DNA from: Pseudodesulfovibrio indicus
GTDB lineage: Bacteria; Desulfobacterota; Desulfovibrionia; Desulfovibrionales; Desulfovibrionaceae
DNA: 64,000 nt
Reading direction: 5' to 3'
Assembly (NCBI RefSeq): GCF_001563225.1
Contig: NZ_CP014206.1
Coordinates: 3,513,486 to 3,577,485, forward strand
Shown: positions 20,358 to 30,785 of the stretch, in pieces
Layout: every line of letters starts with the position of its first letter
Position numbering within the stretch: position 1 is the first letter of the stretch
The notes under the pieces: generated by a model
The model's input: the letters and a program-made list of their open reading frames with translations, nothing else
What the model was told of the DNA's origin: nothing
The model's database searches: none
Made by a program: the position numbers and the translations under genes

Positions 20358-21317
20358 CTAGGCGTAGACGTCTTCCATCAGGGCGCTGACCGGAGGCATG
20401 GGGCTCTCCTTGGCGAAGGCCACGGCGGCCTCCACGTCGGCGACGATGCGCTCCTTGATGTTCTCCGCTTCCTTCTTGGTCAGGGTCTTGCTCTCCAGGA
20501 GCTTGGCCTCGAAGCGGGGCAGCGGGTCCTTGGCCATCCACTCCTCCAGTTCCTCGGTGCAGCGGTAGGTGCAGGCGTCGCCCTCGAAATGGCCGCGCCA
20601 GCGGTAGGTCTTGCACTCCACCAGGGAGGGACCCTGGCCCTTGCGGGCGCGCTTGACGGCCTCGGTCACGGCCTCGTGCACGGCCAGGACGTCGTTGCCG
20701 TCCACCACCACGCCGGGCATGTCGTAGGCGGCGGCGCGGTCGGCGATGTCGACCACGGCCATGGACTTGCACTGCGGGCAGGATATGCCGTAGCCGTTGT
20801 TCTCATTGACGAAGACCAGGGGAAGCTTCCAGGCGCTGGCCATGTTCAGGGCCTCCTGGGTGGTGCCCTGGTTGGACGCGCCGTCGCCGAAGAAGCACAC
20901 GGCCACGTCGTCGGATTTCTTGTATTTGGCGGCCAGGGCTGCGCCCACGGCCAGGGGACCGCCGCCGCCCACGATGCCGTTGGCGCCCAGGATGCCGAGG
21001 TGCATGTCGGCGATGTGCATGGAACCGCCCTTGCCCTTGCAGTAGCCGGTCTGGCGGCCGAAGATCTCGGCCATCATCAGCTTCAGGTCGCCGCCCTTGG
21101 CCAGCAGGTGGCCGTGGCCGCGGTGGGTGGAGGTGATCATGTCCGTGTCGGTCAGGGCCGCGCAGGTCCCGGTGGCCACGGCTTCCTCGCCGAGATAGAG
21201 GTGCACGAAGCCGGGAATCTCGCCCGCGGCGAAGAATTCCTGAAGCTTCTGCTCGAACAGCCTGATCCTGTTCATGGTTTCGTACATGTGAATCAATGTC
21301 TTCTTGCTGAGAGCCAT
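20358..21317 (-). CDS. acoA: acetoin/pyruvate dehydrogenase E1 component alpha subunit (TPP-binding)
   Basis: 319 aa, TPP motif GDGASNQG...NN. Confidence 0.9.
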   Translation of the reverse strand: MALSKKTLIHMYETMNRIRLFEQKLQEFFAAGEIPGFVHLYLGEEAVATGTCAALTDTDMITSTHRGHGHLLAKGGDLKLMMAEIFGRQTGYCKGKGGSMHIADMHLGILGANGIVGGGGPLAVGAALAAKYKKSDDVAVCFFGDGASNQGTTQEALNMASAWKLPLVFVNENNGYGISCPQCKSMAVVDIADRAAAYDMPGVVVDGNDVLAVHEAVTEAVKRARKGQGPSLVECKTYRWRGHFEGDACTYRCTEELEEWMAKDPLPRFEAKLLESKTLTKKEAENIKERIVADVEAAVAFAKESPMPPVSALMEDVYA

Positions 21318-21336
21318 TGCTTTCTCTCCTGTAAGG

Positions 21337-21762
21337 TTAGTCGGCCTTGGCGGCGCATCCGCAGGCCGGTTTCTTCGATCCGTCGGCCGCGCCCTCCATG
21401 TCCGTCTCCACGGACACGGTCAGCGCGGCGCAGGCCACGACGATGTTGCTCACGCCGGGGGCGAAGCAGGGAACCTCGATGCCCGGCACGCTCATGCCGC
21501 CGGGGACCAGGTTCAGGGAGGTCTCGCCGATGGGGATGCAGGCGAGCACCGCGTCCCGGTCCACCCGCTCCGGGTCGGGAACGGCCACGTCGGCATGGAC
21601 GAACACGCCCTGGAACCGATCCCGGCCGCAGATTTCCATGATCCCGCACAGGCAGACCCGGGACACGGCGTCCCGGACCGCGCGGACCGCGGCCTTTGTC
21701 ATGTCCTCGCCGTGGAGGTCCGCGGCGTAGCCGAGTTCTATGGCGAACCGTTGCCGAGCCAT
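21337..21762 (-). CDS. Lin0512-family-like small protein embedded in aco operon
   Basis: 141 aa; N-terminal LGYAADLHGED resembles the GxGxDxHG signature remembered for TIGR Lin0512_fam; assignment uncertain. Confidence 0.65.
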   Translation of the reverse strand: MARQRFAIELGYAADLHGEDMTKAAVRAVRDAVSRVCLCGIMEICGRDRFQGVFVHADVAVPDPERVDRDAVLACIPIGETSLNLVPGGMSVPGIEVPCFAPGVSNIVVACAALTVSVETDMEGAADGSKKPACGCAAKAD

Positions 21763-21771
21763 GGCGCGCCC

Positions 21772-23115
21772 CTAGACGATCATCAGGCCGGGATCTTCCA
21801 GCATGTCTCCCAGCTCGCGCAGGAAGGCCATGGCCGGGGCCCCGTCCGTGGTCATGTGGTTGAAGGTCAGGGAGAGGGTCATCATCTGCCGGACGCAGAC
21901 CGCTCCGTCCTTGACCGCGGGTTTCTCGACAATGCGGCCCACGCCGAGGATGCCGGTTTCCGGCGGATTGAGGATCGGGGTGAACCCGTCCACGCCGAGC
22001 ATGCTGACGTTGCTGATGGTGAAGGTGCCGCCGGAGATCTCGTCCATGCTCAGGCCGCCCTTGCGCGCCCGGGTGGCCACGTCGCGGACCTCGGTCCGCA
22101 GGCCTTCCAGGCCGTACTTGTCGGCGTTCTTGACGTTGGGAACGATCAGCCCGTTGTCGATGGACACGGCGATGCCGAGGTTCACGTAGTCGTGCAGGTG
22201 GATGCCGTCGTCCTGCAGGGTGGAGTTCATGATCGGATGGCGCTTGAGGGCGCGGCACACGGCGTAGGACACGATGTCGTTGTAGGAAAGCCGGTAGTCC
22301 GGGTTGCGCTTGTTGCGGGCCAGGAGCTTGCCGCGCAGCTCGACCATGCCGGTGGCGTCGATCTCCACGAACACGGTCAGCTGGGCCGCATTGGTCAGGC
22401 TCGCCTGCATGTTGTCGGCGATGAGCTTGCGCACGCCTTCCATGGGGATCACGGTGTCGGCGGCCTGGGCCGGGGCTGCGGCGGCGGGTGCTTCGGCGGC
22501 CGGATTCATGGCGCGCAGGATGTCCGCCTTGGTGATCCTGCCGTCCTCGCCGGTGCCCGCGACCTGGGTGAGGTCGATGCCCTTCTTGCGGGCGAACTCG
22601 ATGGCCTTGCGGCTGGCGTTGACGCCCGCAAAGGCGGCGTCGGCGGCCTCCTGCACGTCCTTCATGGTCACCGCGCCGTCTCGGCCCGTGCCGGTCACCG
22701 TGGACAGGTCCACTTCCAGCTCCCGGGCCAGCTTGCGTGCGGCGGGCATGGCCTTGACGAACTCGCCGTCCTTGGCCGGGCCCGCTCCCGAGGCCGCGGG
22801 CGCGGCATCGGACGACGCACCGGCCGGGGCCGGTTCGGCTGCGGCCGGAGCTCCGCCCGCAACGTCCACCGCCTCGCCCGGCGCGGCGATGACGCCAAGC
22901 ACGGCCTGGACCGCAGCGACTCCACCCTCGGGGACGATGATTTTGGCCAGGACGCCGTCAGCGGGCGCCTCGACCGAATTGGTAATCTTGTCGGTTTCCA
23001 CCTCGAACAGCGGTTCGCCGGCTTTGACCGGATCTCCTTCGGCCTTGAGCCAACGTGAGACCTTTCCTTCTTTCATGGTCAGGCCCCATTTGGGCATGAT
23101 CACTTCTTGAGCCAT
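21772..23115 (-). CDS. acoC: dihydrolipoamide acetyltransferase E2 (lipoyl domain + E3-binding + catalytic)
   Basis: Start MAQEVIMPKWGLTMKEGKV (lipoyl-lysine TMKEG), AGGAGG RBS; C-terminal DHR..DG catalytic motif. Confidence 0.9.
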   Translation of the reverse strand: MAQEVIMPKWGLTMKEGKVSRWLKAEGDPVKAGEPLFEVETDKITNSVEAPADGVLAKIIVPEGGVAAVQAVLGVIAAPGEAVDVAGGAPAAAEPAPAGASSDAAPAASGAGPAKDGEFVKAMPAARKLARELEVDLSTVTGTGRDGAVTMKDVQEAADAAFAGVNASRKAIEFARKKGIDLTQVAGTGEDGRITKADILRAMNPAAEAPAAAAPAQAADTVIPMEGVRKLIADNMQASLTNAAQLTVFVEIDATGMVELRGKLLARNKRNPDYRLSYNDIVSYAVCRALKRHPIMNSTLQDDGIHLHDYVNLGIAVSIDNGLIVPNVKNADKYGLEGLRTEVRDVATRARKGGLSMDEISGGTFTISNVSMLGVDGFTPILNPPETGILGVGRIVEKPAVKDGAVCVRQMMTLSLTFNHMTTDGAPAMAFLRELGDMLEDPGLMIV

Positions 23116-23155
23116 AACCAAGTCCTCCTGGTTGGTTTCGAATGTCACCGGAGGA

Positions 23156-23172
23156 TTGCAACGGGAGTGCCA
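23156..23172 (-). promoter_or_regulatory. sigma-54 (-24/-12) promoter of aco operon
   Basis: Reverse complement reads TGGCACtcccgTTGCAa = exact TGGCAC-N5-TTGC consensus, about 40 nt upstream of acoC start; AcoR-type activator encoded divergently. Confidence 0.7.
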
Positions 23173-23432
23173 AGGCGGTTATTGCCAGTATTTCAGTAAG
23201 ATGGGCCAATGATGAATTCCGGAACCCCGCCGTCTGTTCGGGCCTGGAACACCCGGGCCGGAATGGCCCTCAAAAATGTCGTTCGGCTCCATCAGACTGA
23301 TTTCACTGGAAGAACAACCGTCATCCGACCTTTGCACTGTTCGAAATATGAACACTTGACATGGCATTGAGGTTGGAGGAGACCGTAAGGGCGGCACAAA
23401 GAGGGTTATTAATGTGCTCCTGGAGGTTGCAC

Positions 23433-25478
23433 ATGCATTTGCTCACGAGGGAAGGCGAAGGGTTCGAGATTCGTCGCAACCCGTACATGCAGAAATCCTG
23501 TTTCCGACTCCCCACCAGCGGCGGACGGGAACAGCGCGGCGCGCAGGTGGACTACGCTTCCTGGAAGGACTTTGTGGACGGCAAGCGGGCCGCCCTTGAT
23601 ATCGATCAGGCCCTGATGGACTCATGGAGCCGCTGCCGGAGCCAGGCGGTGGACCCGGCCCCCAGGCGGTGCTGGGACTTCATGCCCATGGACCAGATGG
23701 CGGGGTTCACCACCACCCTGGAGCGCATCTGCGGAGAGGTGGAATCCACGGCGTTCGAGATCATCAAGGACAAGGGACTGCTCATCACCATTACCAACGC
23801 GGAGGGCCGCGTGGCCCGCACCCTGGGCGACCGCGACGTCCTGCGCATGGCGGACTCCCTGAATTTCGGCCCCGGGGCCAACTGGGCGGAATCGTGCGTG
23901 GGCACCAACGCCATCGGCACGGCCCTGGCCACCGGACGGCCCATGCAGGTCTTCGGCGAGGAGCACTACTGCCGCAGCCACCACGCCTGGAACTGCACGG
24001 CGGCACCGATCCTCGACCCGCGCGGCAACGTCTGGGGCAGCTTCGACATCTCCGGTCCCACCGAATCGGACCACTCCCGCGCCCTGGACATCGTGCTCAG
24101 CGCCGCCCGCGCCCTGGAGCAGCGGCTGAGCAAACTCTACTGCTCGGAGCTGGAAGGCCAGATGGCCTCGCTCTTCTCCTCCATGTTCAACTCCGCCGTG
24201 ACCGGGGTCCTGTTCCTGGACCGCGGCGGCCGGATCACCAGCGCCAACAACGCGGCCGAGCGGCTCCTGGTCGGGGCCAACAAGACCCTGCGCGGGCGCA
24301 AGGCCGATGAATTCTTCGAACTGGACACGTACCTGGCCCAGGCCAAGGACGCGGTCGGCTGCGACCCGGTCCCCCTGAAATACCGGCACGGCGGCCCCCT
24401 GTTCGCCCAGGCCTTGCCCACCTTCAGCGCGGGCGGCGACTGGCTGGACACCATCGTCACCCTGACCGAAGCACGGCCGACCAGCCCCATGGTCTCCATG
24501 GCCCCGGTCCCGAACAGCGACCGGATCAAGGGATTCGAGCACGTCCTGTACGTCAGCTCGGCCATGCGGGACACCATCCACCGCGCGGCCAACGCCGCCC
24601 GAACCCCGTCCACGGTCCTGCTGTCCGGCGAGTCCGGCACCGGCAAGGAGCTGTTCGCGCGCGGCATCCACCAGGCCGGGCCGCGCGCCGCCTACCCCTT
24701 CGTGGCCGTGAACTGCGGCGCCTTCACCGAGGAGCTGGTCCAAAGCGAGCTGTTCGGTTACCGCGAGGGGGCGTTTACCGGCGCGGCCAAGCGGGGCCGC
24801 ATCGGCAAGTTCCAGAAGGCGGACAAGGGCGTCCTGTTCCTGGACGAAATCTCCGAAATGCCCCTGTCCCAGCAGGTCAACCTGCTGCGCGCCCTGGAGG
24901 AACGGGCCATCGTGCCCGTGGGCGGCTCCACCCCCCTCCCGGTGGACGTGAAGATCGTGGCCGCCACCAACAAGGATTTGGCCGAGCTCGTGCGCCAGGG
25001 GAAATTCCGCGAAGACCTCTATTACCGGCTCAACGTGGTGGGCATCTCCATCCCGCCGCTGCGCGAGCGCGCCTCGGACGTCAACCTGCTGGCCGAATAC
25101 CACCTGCGCCAGCTGTGCACCCGGTTCGGCATCCCGGTTCCGCAGATCGGGCCGGACGCCGCTTCGGTGTTGTCCGCCCACGACTGGCCGGGTAACGTCC
25201 GCGAGCTGGTGAACTGCCTGGAATACGCGGCCAACAACCTGTCCGACGGCTGGCTGCGGGCCGAGAATCTGCCGCCCTACCTGCTGGAACGGACCGCCGG
25301 AGCCCAGCCCGCCAAGGAGACCGCCGACCGGGGATTCCTGCTCCAGGACCGTGAGGCCGAGACCATCCGGGAGGCCCTGCGCTTCCACGGCGGCAACATC
25401 AGCCAGACCGCCAAGGCCCTCGGCATCGGCCGCAACACCCTGTACGTCAAGCTCGAACGCTACGGCATAGAGACCTAA
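23433..25478 (+). CDS. acoR: sigma-54-dependent acetoin catabolism activator (GAF-AAA+-HTH)
   Basis: SWSRCRS motif, GESGTGKE, ELFGYREGAFTGA, C-terminal HTH; start chosen at ATG 23433 with GGAGG RBS (the ORF in the track begins at 23361). Confidence 0.85.
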   Translation: MHLLTREGEGFEIRRNPYMQKSCFRLPTSGGREQRGAQVDYASWKDFVDGKRAALDIDQALMDSWSRCRSQAVDPAPRRCWDFMPMDQMAGFTTTLERICGEVESTAFEIIKDKGLLITITNAEGRVARTLGDRDVLRMADSLNFGPGANWAESCVGTNAIGTALATGRPMQVFGEEHYCRSHHAWNCTAAPILDPRGNVWGSFDISGPTESDHSRALDIVLSAARALEQRLSKLYCSELEGQMASLFSSMFNSAVTGVLFLDRGGRITSANNAAERLLVGANKTLRGRKADEFFELDTYLAQAKDAVGCDPVPLKYRHGGPLFAQALPTFSAGGDWLDTIVTLTEARPTSPMVSMAPVPNSDRIKGFEHVLYVSSAMRDTIHRAANAARTPSTVLLSGESGTGKELFARGIHQAGPRAAYPFVAVNCGAFTEELVQSELFGYREGAFTGAAKRGRIGKFQKADKGVLFLDEISEMPLSQQVNLLRALEERAIVPVGGSTPLPVDVKIVAATNKDLAELVRQGKFREDLYYRLNVVGISIPPLRERASDVNLLAEYHLRQLCTRFGIPVPQIGPDAASVLSAHDWPGNVRELVNCLEYAANNLSDGWLRAENLPPYLLERTAGAQPAKETADRGFLLQDREAETIREALRFHGGNISQTAKALGIGRNTLYVKLERYGIET

Positions 25479-25516
25479 ACGGGGCACTGCCCCACGGAAC
25501 CCGCTCTTTCACGTCG

Positions 25517-25563
25517 GCGGGACCGGGACGGAGCGTCGCGGTCCCGCCGTCTTGTTTTCTCTC
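25517..25563 (+). terminator. intrinsic terminator downstream of acoR
   Basis: GGCGGGACCG-loop-CGGTCCCGCC then gtcttgttttctctc. Confidence 0.55.
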
Positions 25564-26105
25564 ATACGCCCGGCAAAGGCGCGCCCCGCGCCATGGCTCC
25601 CCCGCTGCGCGACCCGGCAGCGTCCGTCGTTCCTCACCTTCCGCCCACCCCGGCCCTCAAGGCGCAATTCCCGCCGCCGCAGGCTCGTCCGAGCGTCCCG
25701 AAAAACGCAGTCATTATGTCATTTTAGACACAACAAACAGGTCAGTGCATAACCGCGTGAAAGTCGTTTTTTTTTGCTGCCCATTTTTATTCTCCATAGG
25801 TAACAAAACCTTTTGCGTATTGGGCGCGAAGGAAAGGAGCATGGAGGTGCATTCTGGCACTCATTGAAAAACTCTCAACAGCGTGGGCCGCAGCCTGCCT
25901 CCCGTTCGGGGGGCTGGGGTTGTCCCTGGAGTCGTGTGAAGAGCATGCCCAAACGCTGCATGTCCGGGTCGTCACCCGGATTCCAGCCGCGACTTGTGAC
26001 GGCATGGCTTTTCATGAGCCTCCGGCGGCACTCTCCGGCTACAGGCTCCTTACGGTACTCGGCCGTGAGATTCGTGGACGATAACTACTACTCAAGGATG
26101 ACTGA

Positions 26106-29100
26106 ATGAAACTGAATCGTCGTGACTTTGTTAAGCTGTCTTCAGCTACCGCCATCGGCGTGGCCTTCACCGGCCTCGGTGCGGGATGCCGGAAGACGGC
26201 GGTCGAAAAAATTGCCCAGATGAAGCCGGAATGGAGTAAGGAAACGACCTCCGTCTGCGCCTACTGCTCCGTCGGCTGCGGGTTGGTGGTGACCACCTCG
26301 CTGGAGACCAAGCGGGCCATCAACGTGGAAGGTAACCCCGACCACCCCATCAACGAAGGTTCCCTCTGCGCCAAGGGCGCGAGCTCCATCCAGATGACCG
26401 AGAACGACCTGCGCACCGGCAAATGCCTGTACCGCGCGCCGTACTCCGGCCAGTGGGAGGAGAAGAGCTGGGAATGGTGCAAGAAGCGCATCGCCAAGCT
26501 CGCCAAGGAATCCCGCGACAAGTCTTTCCAGGTCAAGAACGAAAAGGGCCAGGTCGTCAACCGCAACATGGGCGTGGCCTCCCTCGGCTCCGCCGCTCTG
26601 GACAACGAGGAATGCTATGCCATGCATGCGTTCATGCGCGCCCAGGGCATAGTCTATCTCGAACATCAGGCCCGTATCTGACACAGCGCCACTGTTGCGG
26701 CTCTGGGAGAGTCGTTCGGACGCGGTGCGATGACCAATCACTGGAATGATCTGCAGAACAGTGATTGCATTTTGATCATGGGCAGCAATGCTGCCGAAAA
26801 CCATCCCATTTCCTTCAAATGGGCTTTGAAAGCGCAAGCCAAGGGCGGAAAGATCATTCACGTTGATCCGCGTTACACACGCACGTCCGCTCGTTCCGAC
26901 AAGTTCATTGCGCTTCGTTCCGGTTCCGATATCGCCGTCCTCGGCGGTATGATTAAGTATATTATCGAAAACAAGCGCTACTTCCTCGACTACGTGCGCG
27001 ACTACACCAACGCCTCTTTCATCGTTGGCAAGGACTACACGTTCGAGGACGGCCTCTTCGCCGGTTTTGATTCCAAGACCAGCTCCTACGACAAGTCCAA
27101 ATGGGCCTTCGAGTACGACGAGAACGGCATTCCGAAAAAGGACATGACCCTGGAAGACCCCCGCTGCGTGTTCCAGATCGTCAAGAAGCACTACGAGCGC
27201 TACACCCTGGAGAACGTCTCCAGGATGTCGGGCATTTCCCACGAGGATCTGACCGAACTCTACTCCCTGTACTCCGCCACCGGCACGCCGAAAAAGGCGG
27301 GCACCATCATGTACGCCATGGGTTGGACCCAGCACTCCGTGGGTGTCCAGAACATCCGCGCCATGGCCATGATCCAGCTCCTGCTCGGCAACATCGGCAT
27401 CGCGGGCGGCGGCGTCAACGCCCTGCGCGGCGAATGCAACGTGCAGGGTTCCACCGACTACGCCCTGCTCTACCACATCCTGCCGGGATACATCGCGACC
27501 CCCCTTGCCGGACTGGACACCCTTGACCAGTACAACAAGAAGTTCGCGCCGGTGACCAAGGACCCGATGAGCGCCAACTGGTGGCAGAACTACTCCAAGT
27601 ACTCCGCCAGCCTGCTCAAGGCCATGTACTCCGACGACGATCCCAAGGATGCGTACAGCTACCTGCCGAAGCTGGAAAACCACAACGCCAGCGAATACTC
27701 CTGGATTCCGCTCATCGACCGCATGTACAAGGGCGGTTTCACCGGCGCGTGGATCTGGGGCATGAACCCGGCCTGTTCCAGCTCCGACTCCATCAAGACC
27801 CGCAAGGCCCTTGCCGAGCTCGACTGGATGGTCAACGTCAACGTCTTCGACTGCGAGACCTCCAGCTTCTGGAAGGGCCCGGGCATGGACCCGGCCAAGG
27901 TCAAGACCGAAACCTTCTTCATCCCGTGCGCGACCGCAATCGAGAAGGAAGGCTCGGTGGCCAACTCCGGCCGCTGGATGCAGTGGCGCTATGCCGGTCC
28001 GGAACCCAAGGACGGCGTGCTCACCGACGGCCACTACTTCCACGAGCTGTGGGAGGAGATGGCCCACCTCTACAAGACGGAGGGCGGCGCGTACCCCGAG
28101 CCGATCACCCGCCTGAGCTTCGAGAACATGTGCGAGATGAATGCCCATGGCCACATGGAATTCAGCGCGCGCAAGACCGCGAAGCTCTGCAACGGCTGGT
28201 TCACCCGGGACGTCGAGATCAAGGGCAAGACCTACAAGAAGGGGCAGCAGGTTCCCAGCTTCGCCTTCCTCCAGGACGACGGCTCCACCACCTCGGGCAA
28301 CTGGCTGTACTGCAACTCGGTGAGCGACACCGAGAACAAGGCCATGCGCCACGACGCCACCCAGACCCCGCTGCAGGAAAAGATCGGGCTGTTCCCGAAC
28401 TGGACCTGGTGCTGGCCCGTCAACCGCCGGATCCTCTACAACAGAGCCTCCGTCGACCTGCAGGGCAAGCCCTGGAACCCCGAGCGGACCGTCATCGAGT
28501 GGGACGGCAAGAAGTGGGTGGGCGACGTCCCCGACGGCGGATGGGCACCCGGCACCAAGCACCCGTTCATCATGCGCAAGCATGGTTTCGGCCAGCTCTT
28601 CGGCCCCGGCCGCGCCGACGGCCCCCTGCCCGAATACTACGAACCCCTGGAGTGCCCGGTGGAGAAGCATCCCTTCTCCAGCACGCTCCACAACCCGACC
28701 GCGGTTCAGATCCAAGGTGAAGAGAAGGCGGTCTGCGATCCCCGCTACCCGTTCATCGGCACCACCTACCGCCTGACCGAACACTGGCAGACCGGCTCCA
28801 TGACCCGCTGGTGCAGCTGGCTGGTCGAGGCCGAACCGCAGATGTTCGTCGAAATCAGCCCGCAGCTCGCGGAACTCAGGGGCATCGAGAACGGTGAGAA
28901 GGTCACCATCGAGAGCGTCCGTGGTTCCCTGTGGGCCATCGCCATGGTCACCGAGCGCATCCAGCCGTACAAGATCGACGGCAACGACGTGCACATGGTC
29001 GGCATGCCCTGGCACTACGGCTGGGTCATGCCCGTCGACGGCGGCGATTCCGCGAACATCGTAACTCCCAACGTGGGCGACCCCAACACCGGCATCCCGG

Positions 29101-29153
29101 AATACAAGGCGTTCATGGTCAACCTGCGCAAGTGGCAAGAAGGGGATAAATAA
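26106..29153 (+). CDS. fdhA: periplasmic formate dehydrogenase catalytic subunit, selenocysteine-containing (TAT signal, Mo-bisPGD)
   Basis: Two ORFs in the track (26106..26681 and 26730..29153) are in the same frame, separated only by TGA at 26679; context EHQARI-U-HSATVAALGESFGRGAMTNHW matches FdnG/FdhA Sec site; RRDFVK twin-arginine signal; CAYCSVGC FeS motif. Confidence 0.9.
26679..26740 (+). other. in-frame UGA selenocysteine codon plus expected downstream SECIS hairpin
   Basis: UGA at 26679-26681 in conserved Sec position; the immediately downstream GC-rich segment cacagcgccactgttgcggctctggg should fold as a bacterial SECIS (not folded here). Confidence 0.7.
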
Positions 29154-29905
29154 TGAACGGTAAAAGCTTCTTCGTTGACTTGTCCCTTTGTACGGCGTGT
29201 CGCGGGTGCCAGGTTGCCTGCAAGCAGTGGAAGAACCTACCCGCGGAAAAGACCCGCAACGTCGGTTCCCACCAGAACCCGCAGGACCTGTCCTTCAACA
29301 CCATCCGCCTCGTCCGGTTCAACGAGGGGCGGACGGCCGATGACAAGCTGCAGTGGTACTTCTTCCCGGAGCAGTGCCGCCATTGCATCGAACCGCCCTG
29401 CAAGTACATCGGAAACATGTACTGCGACAACGGCATCAAGCAGGACGCCGAGACCGGCGCGGTGGTCATGAACAGCCGCACCGCCGGTATCGGCAACAAG
29501 GTCGAAAGCCAGGAGCTGTGCCCGTACAACGTGCCCCGCATGGACGAGAAGTCCGGCCAGTGGGCCAAGTGCGACATGTGCCTGGACCGCGTCCAGGCCG
29601 GCCGTCTGCCCGCCTGTGTTCAGAGCTGCCCCACCGGCACCATGAACTTCGGCGACCGTGCCGAGATGCTGGCCCTGGCCGAAAAGCGCCTCGCGGAAGT
29701 GCAGAAGACCAATCCGGACGCCTACCTGGCCGACCCCGAATCCGTGCGCGTCATCTACCTGTGCACGGCTTCGCCGGAGAGCTACAACGGCAACCTGCTC
29801 GCCTCCGTTGACGGCCGCAAGATGATCAACAAGGCCCTGGCCAAAGGTGGCGTCAACCGCCGCGACTTGCTCGCCGGTCGTCTCCGCCCCGGAAAGAACG
29901 CGTAA
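29153..29905 (+). CDS. fdhB: formate dehydrogenase iron-sulfur subunit (4x[4Fe-4S])
   Basis: Multiple CxxCxxC..CP ferredoxin motifs; start overlaps fdhA stop. Confidence 0.9.
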   Translation: MNGKSFFVDLSLCTACRGCQVACKQWKNLPAEKTRNVGSHQNPQDLSFNTIRLVRFNEGRTADDKLQWYFFPEQCRHCIEPPCKYIGNMYCDNGIKQDAETGAVVMNSRTAGIGNKVESQELCPYNVPRMDEKSGQWAKCDMCLDRVQAGRLPACVQSCPTGTMNFGDRAEMLALAEKRLAEVQKTNPDAYLADPESVRVIYLCTASPESYNGNLLASVDGRKMINKALAKGGVNRRDLLAGRLRPGKNA

Positions 29906-29929
29906 GGTCGCATACTAAAAGGAAATAAT

Positions 29930-30346
29930 ATGAAAAAAATATTCATTTTGTCCCTGCTGTGCGTGTGCCTTACCGCTGTCCTGGCCTTTGCCCAGACAGC
30001 GCTGGAGTCCGCCATCGACGCCCCTGACGACGATCTGGAAATCAACGTCATCAAGGGCAACAGCGAGCGCGACCTCGGCGTGGTCTTCAATCATTCGAGC
30101 CACGACAGCATCGATTGCTTCACCTGTCACCACAAGAACACCGTTGCGAACCAGCCCGAGTCCTGCGCCAACTGTCACACCGACACGGCCCCGGACGCCC
30201 AGGGCTACAAGTCCTTCTTCCGTGCCATGCACCTGAAGGGCGCGAAGCAGACCACCTGCCTCGCCTGCCACGGTGAGGAGTTCGAGGGCGACAAGGACCT
30301 GACCGGATGCACCAACTCGGCCTGCCATCCGACCGGCCTGTACTAG
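29930..30346 (+). CDS. tetraheme cytochrome c3 (Fdh-associated)
   Basis: Signal peptide; CFTCHH, CANCH, CLACH, CTNSACH heme motifs in 138 aa. Confidence 0.9.
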   Translation: MKKIFILSLLCVCLTAVLAFAQTALESAIDAPDDDLEINVIKGNSERDLGVVFNHSSHDSIDCFTCHHKNTVANQPESCANCHTDTAPDAQGYKSFFRAMHLKGAKQTTCLACHGEEFEGDKDLTGCTNSACHPTGLY

Positions 30347-30360
30347 AAACCGCAACCCCC

Positions 30361-30393
30361 GGGGCGGAGGTCCGCCTCCGCCCCGGGTTTCCC
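30361..30393 (+). terminator. GC-rich hairpin (weak terminator) after cytochrome c3
   Basis: GGGGCGGAGG-tccg-CCTCCGCCCC then gggtttcc. Confidence 0.4.
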
Positions 30394-30564
30394 CCCCGGC
30401 TTCACAGTCTGCTCAAAAGGATCGCGGACAGGACCAGGGACCCCCGTCCAAGGGACGGACGTCTCCGAACCGCCGCGCTCGGCGATCCTTTCGAAGAGAC
30501 TGTCGAACACCTCCGTAAGCCGTCGCGCAGGACCTTGCGACACCTGGCGAACGGAGTTTCCATC

Positions 30565-30607
30565 GGCCCCGCGCAGCGTGCTATCTGCGTGGGGCCTCTT
30601 TTTTTTC
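30565..30607 (+). terminator. strong rho-independent terminator
   Basis: GGCCCCGCGCAG-cgtgctat-CTGCGTGGGGCC followed by tcTTTTTTTTc. Confidence 0.65.
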
Positions 30608-30785
30608 AGGGCATGGGGCTCGGGTTCGGAACGAGCGAAACGGCGGGGGCGCGTCCGCGCTGGAGCGCGGGCGCGGACGGCGAGCGGCGGGCGCGAGGCC
30701 CGACCGGGCAGGATGGCCGCCGCCATCCTGTCCGATCGGATCAGATCTCGCGAGTCGCCGTGCCGGCGATTATCCGCAGGGCGGT

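Noticed and set aside
18290-21641. 386-aa, 382-aa, 432-aa plus-strand ORFs
   Set aside because: Antisense to acoX/acoB/acoA; GC artefacts
21293-23058. 321-aa minus and 584-aa plus ORFs
   Set aside because: Wrong frame or strand relative to acoA, Lin0512-like and acoC
23622-25487. 621-aa minus ORF
   Set aside because: Antisense to acoR
25780-25860. TGGCACtcatTGAAA near fdhA upstream region as sigma-54 promoter
   Set aside because: The -12 element is TGAA not TTGC and spacing is off
26142-29138. 998-aa minus-strand ORF
   Set aside because: Exactly antisense to the selenoprotein fdhA; no domains, Gly/Ala/Val-rich
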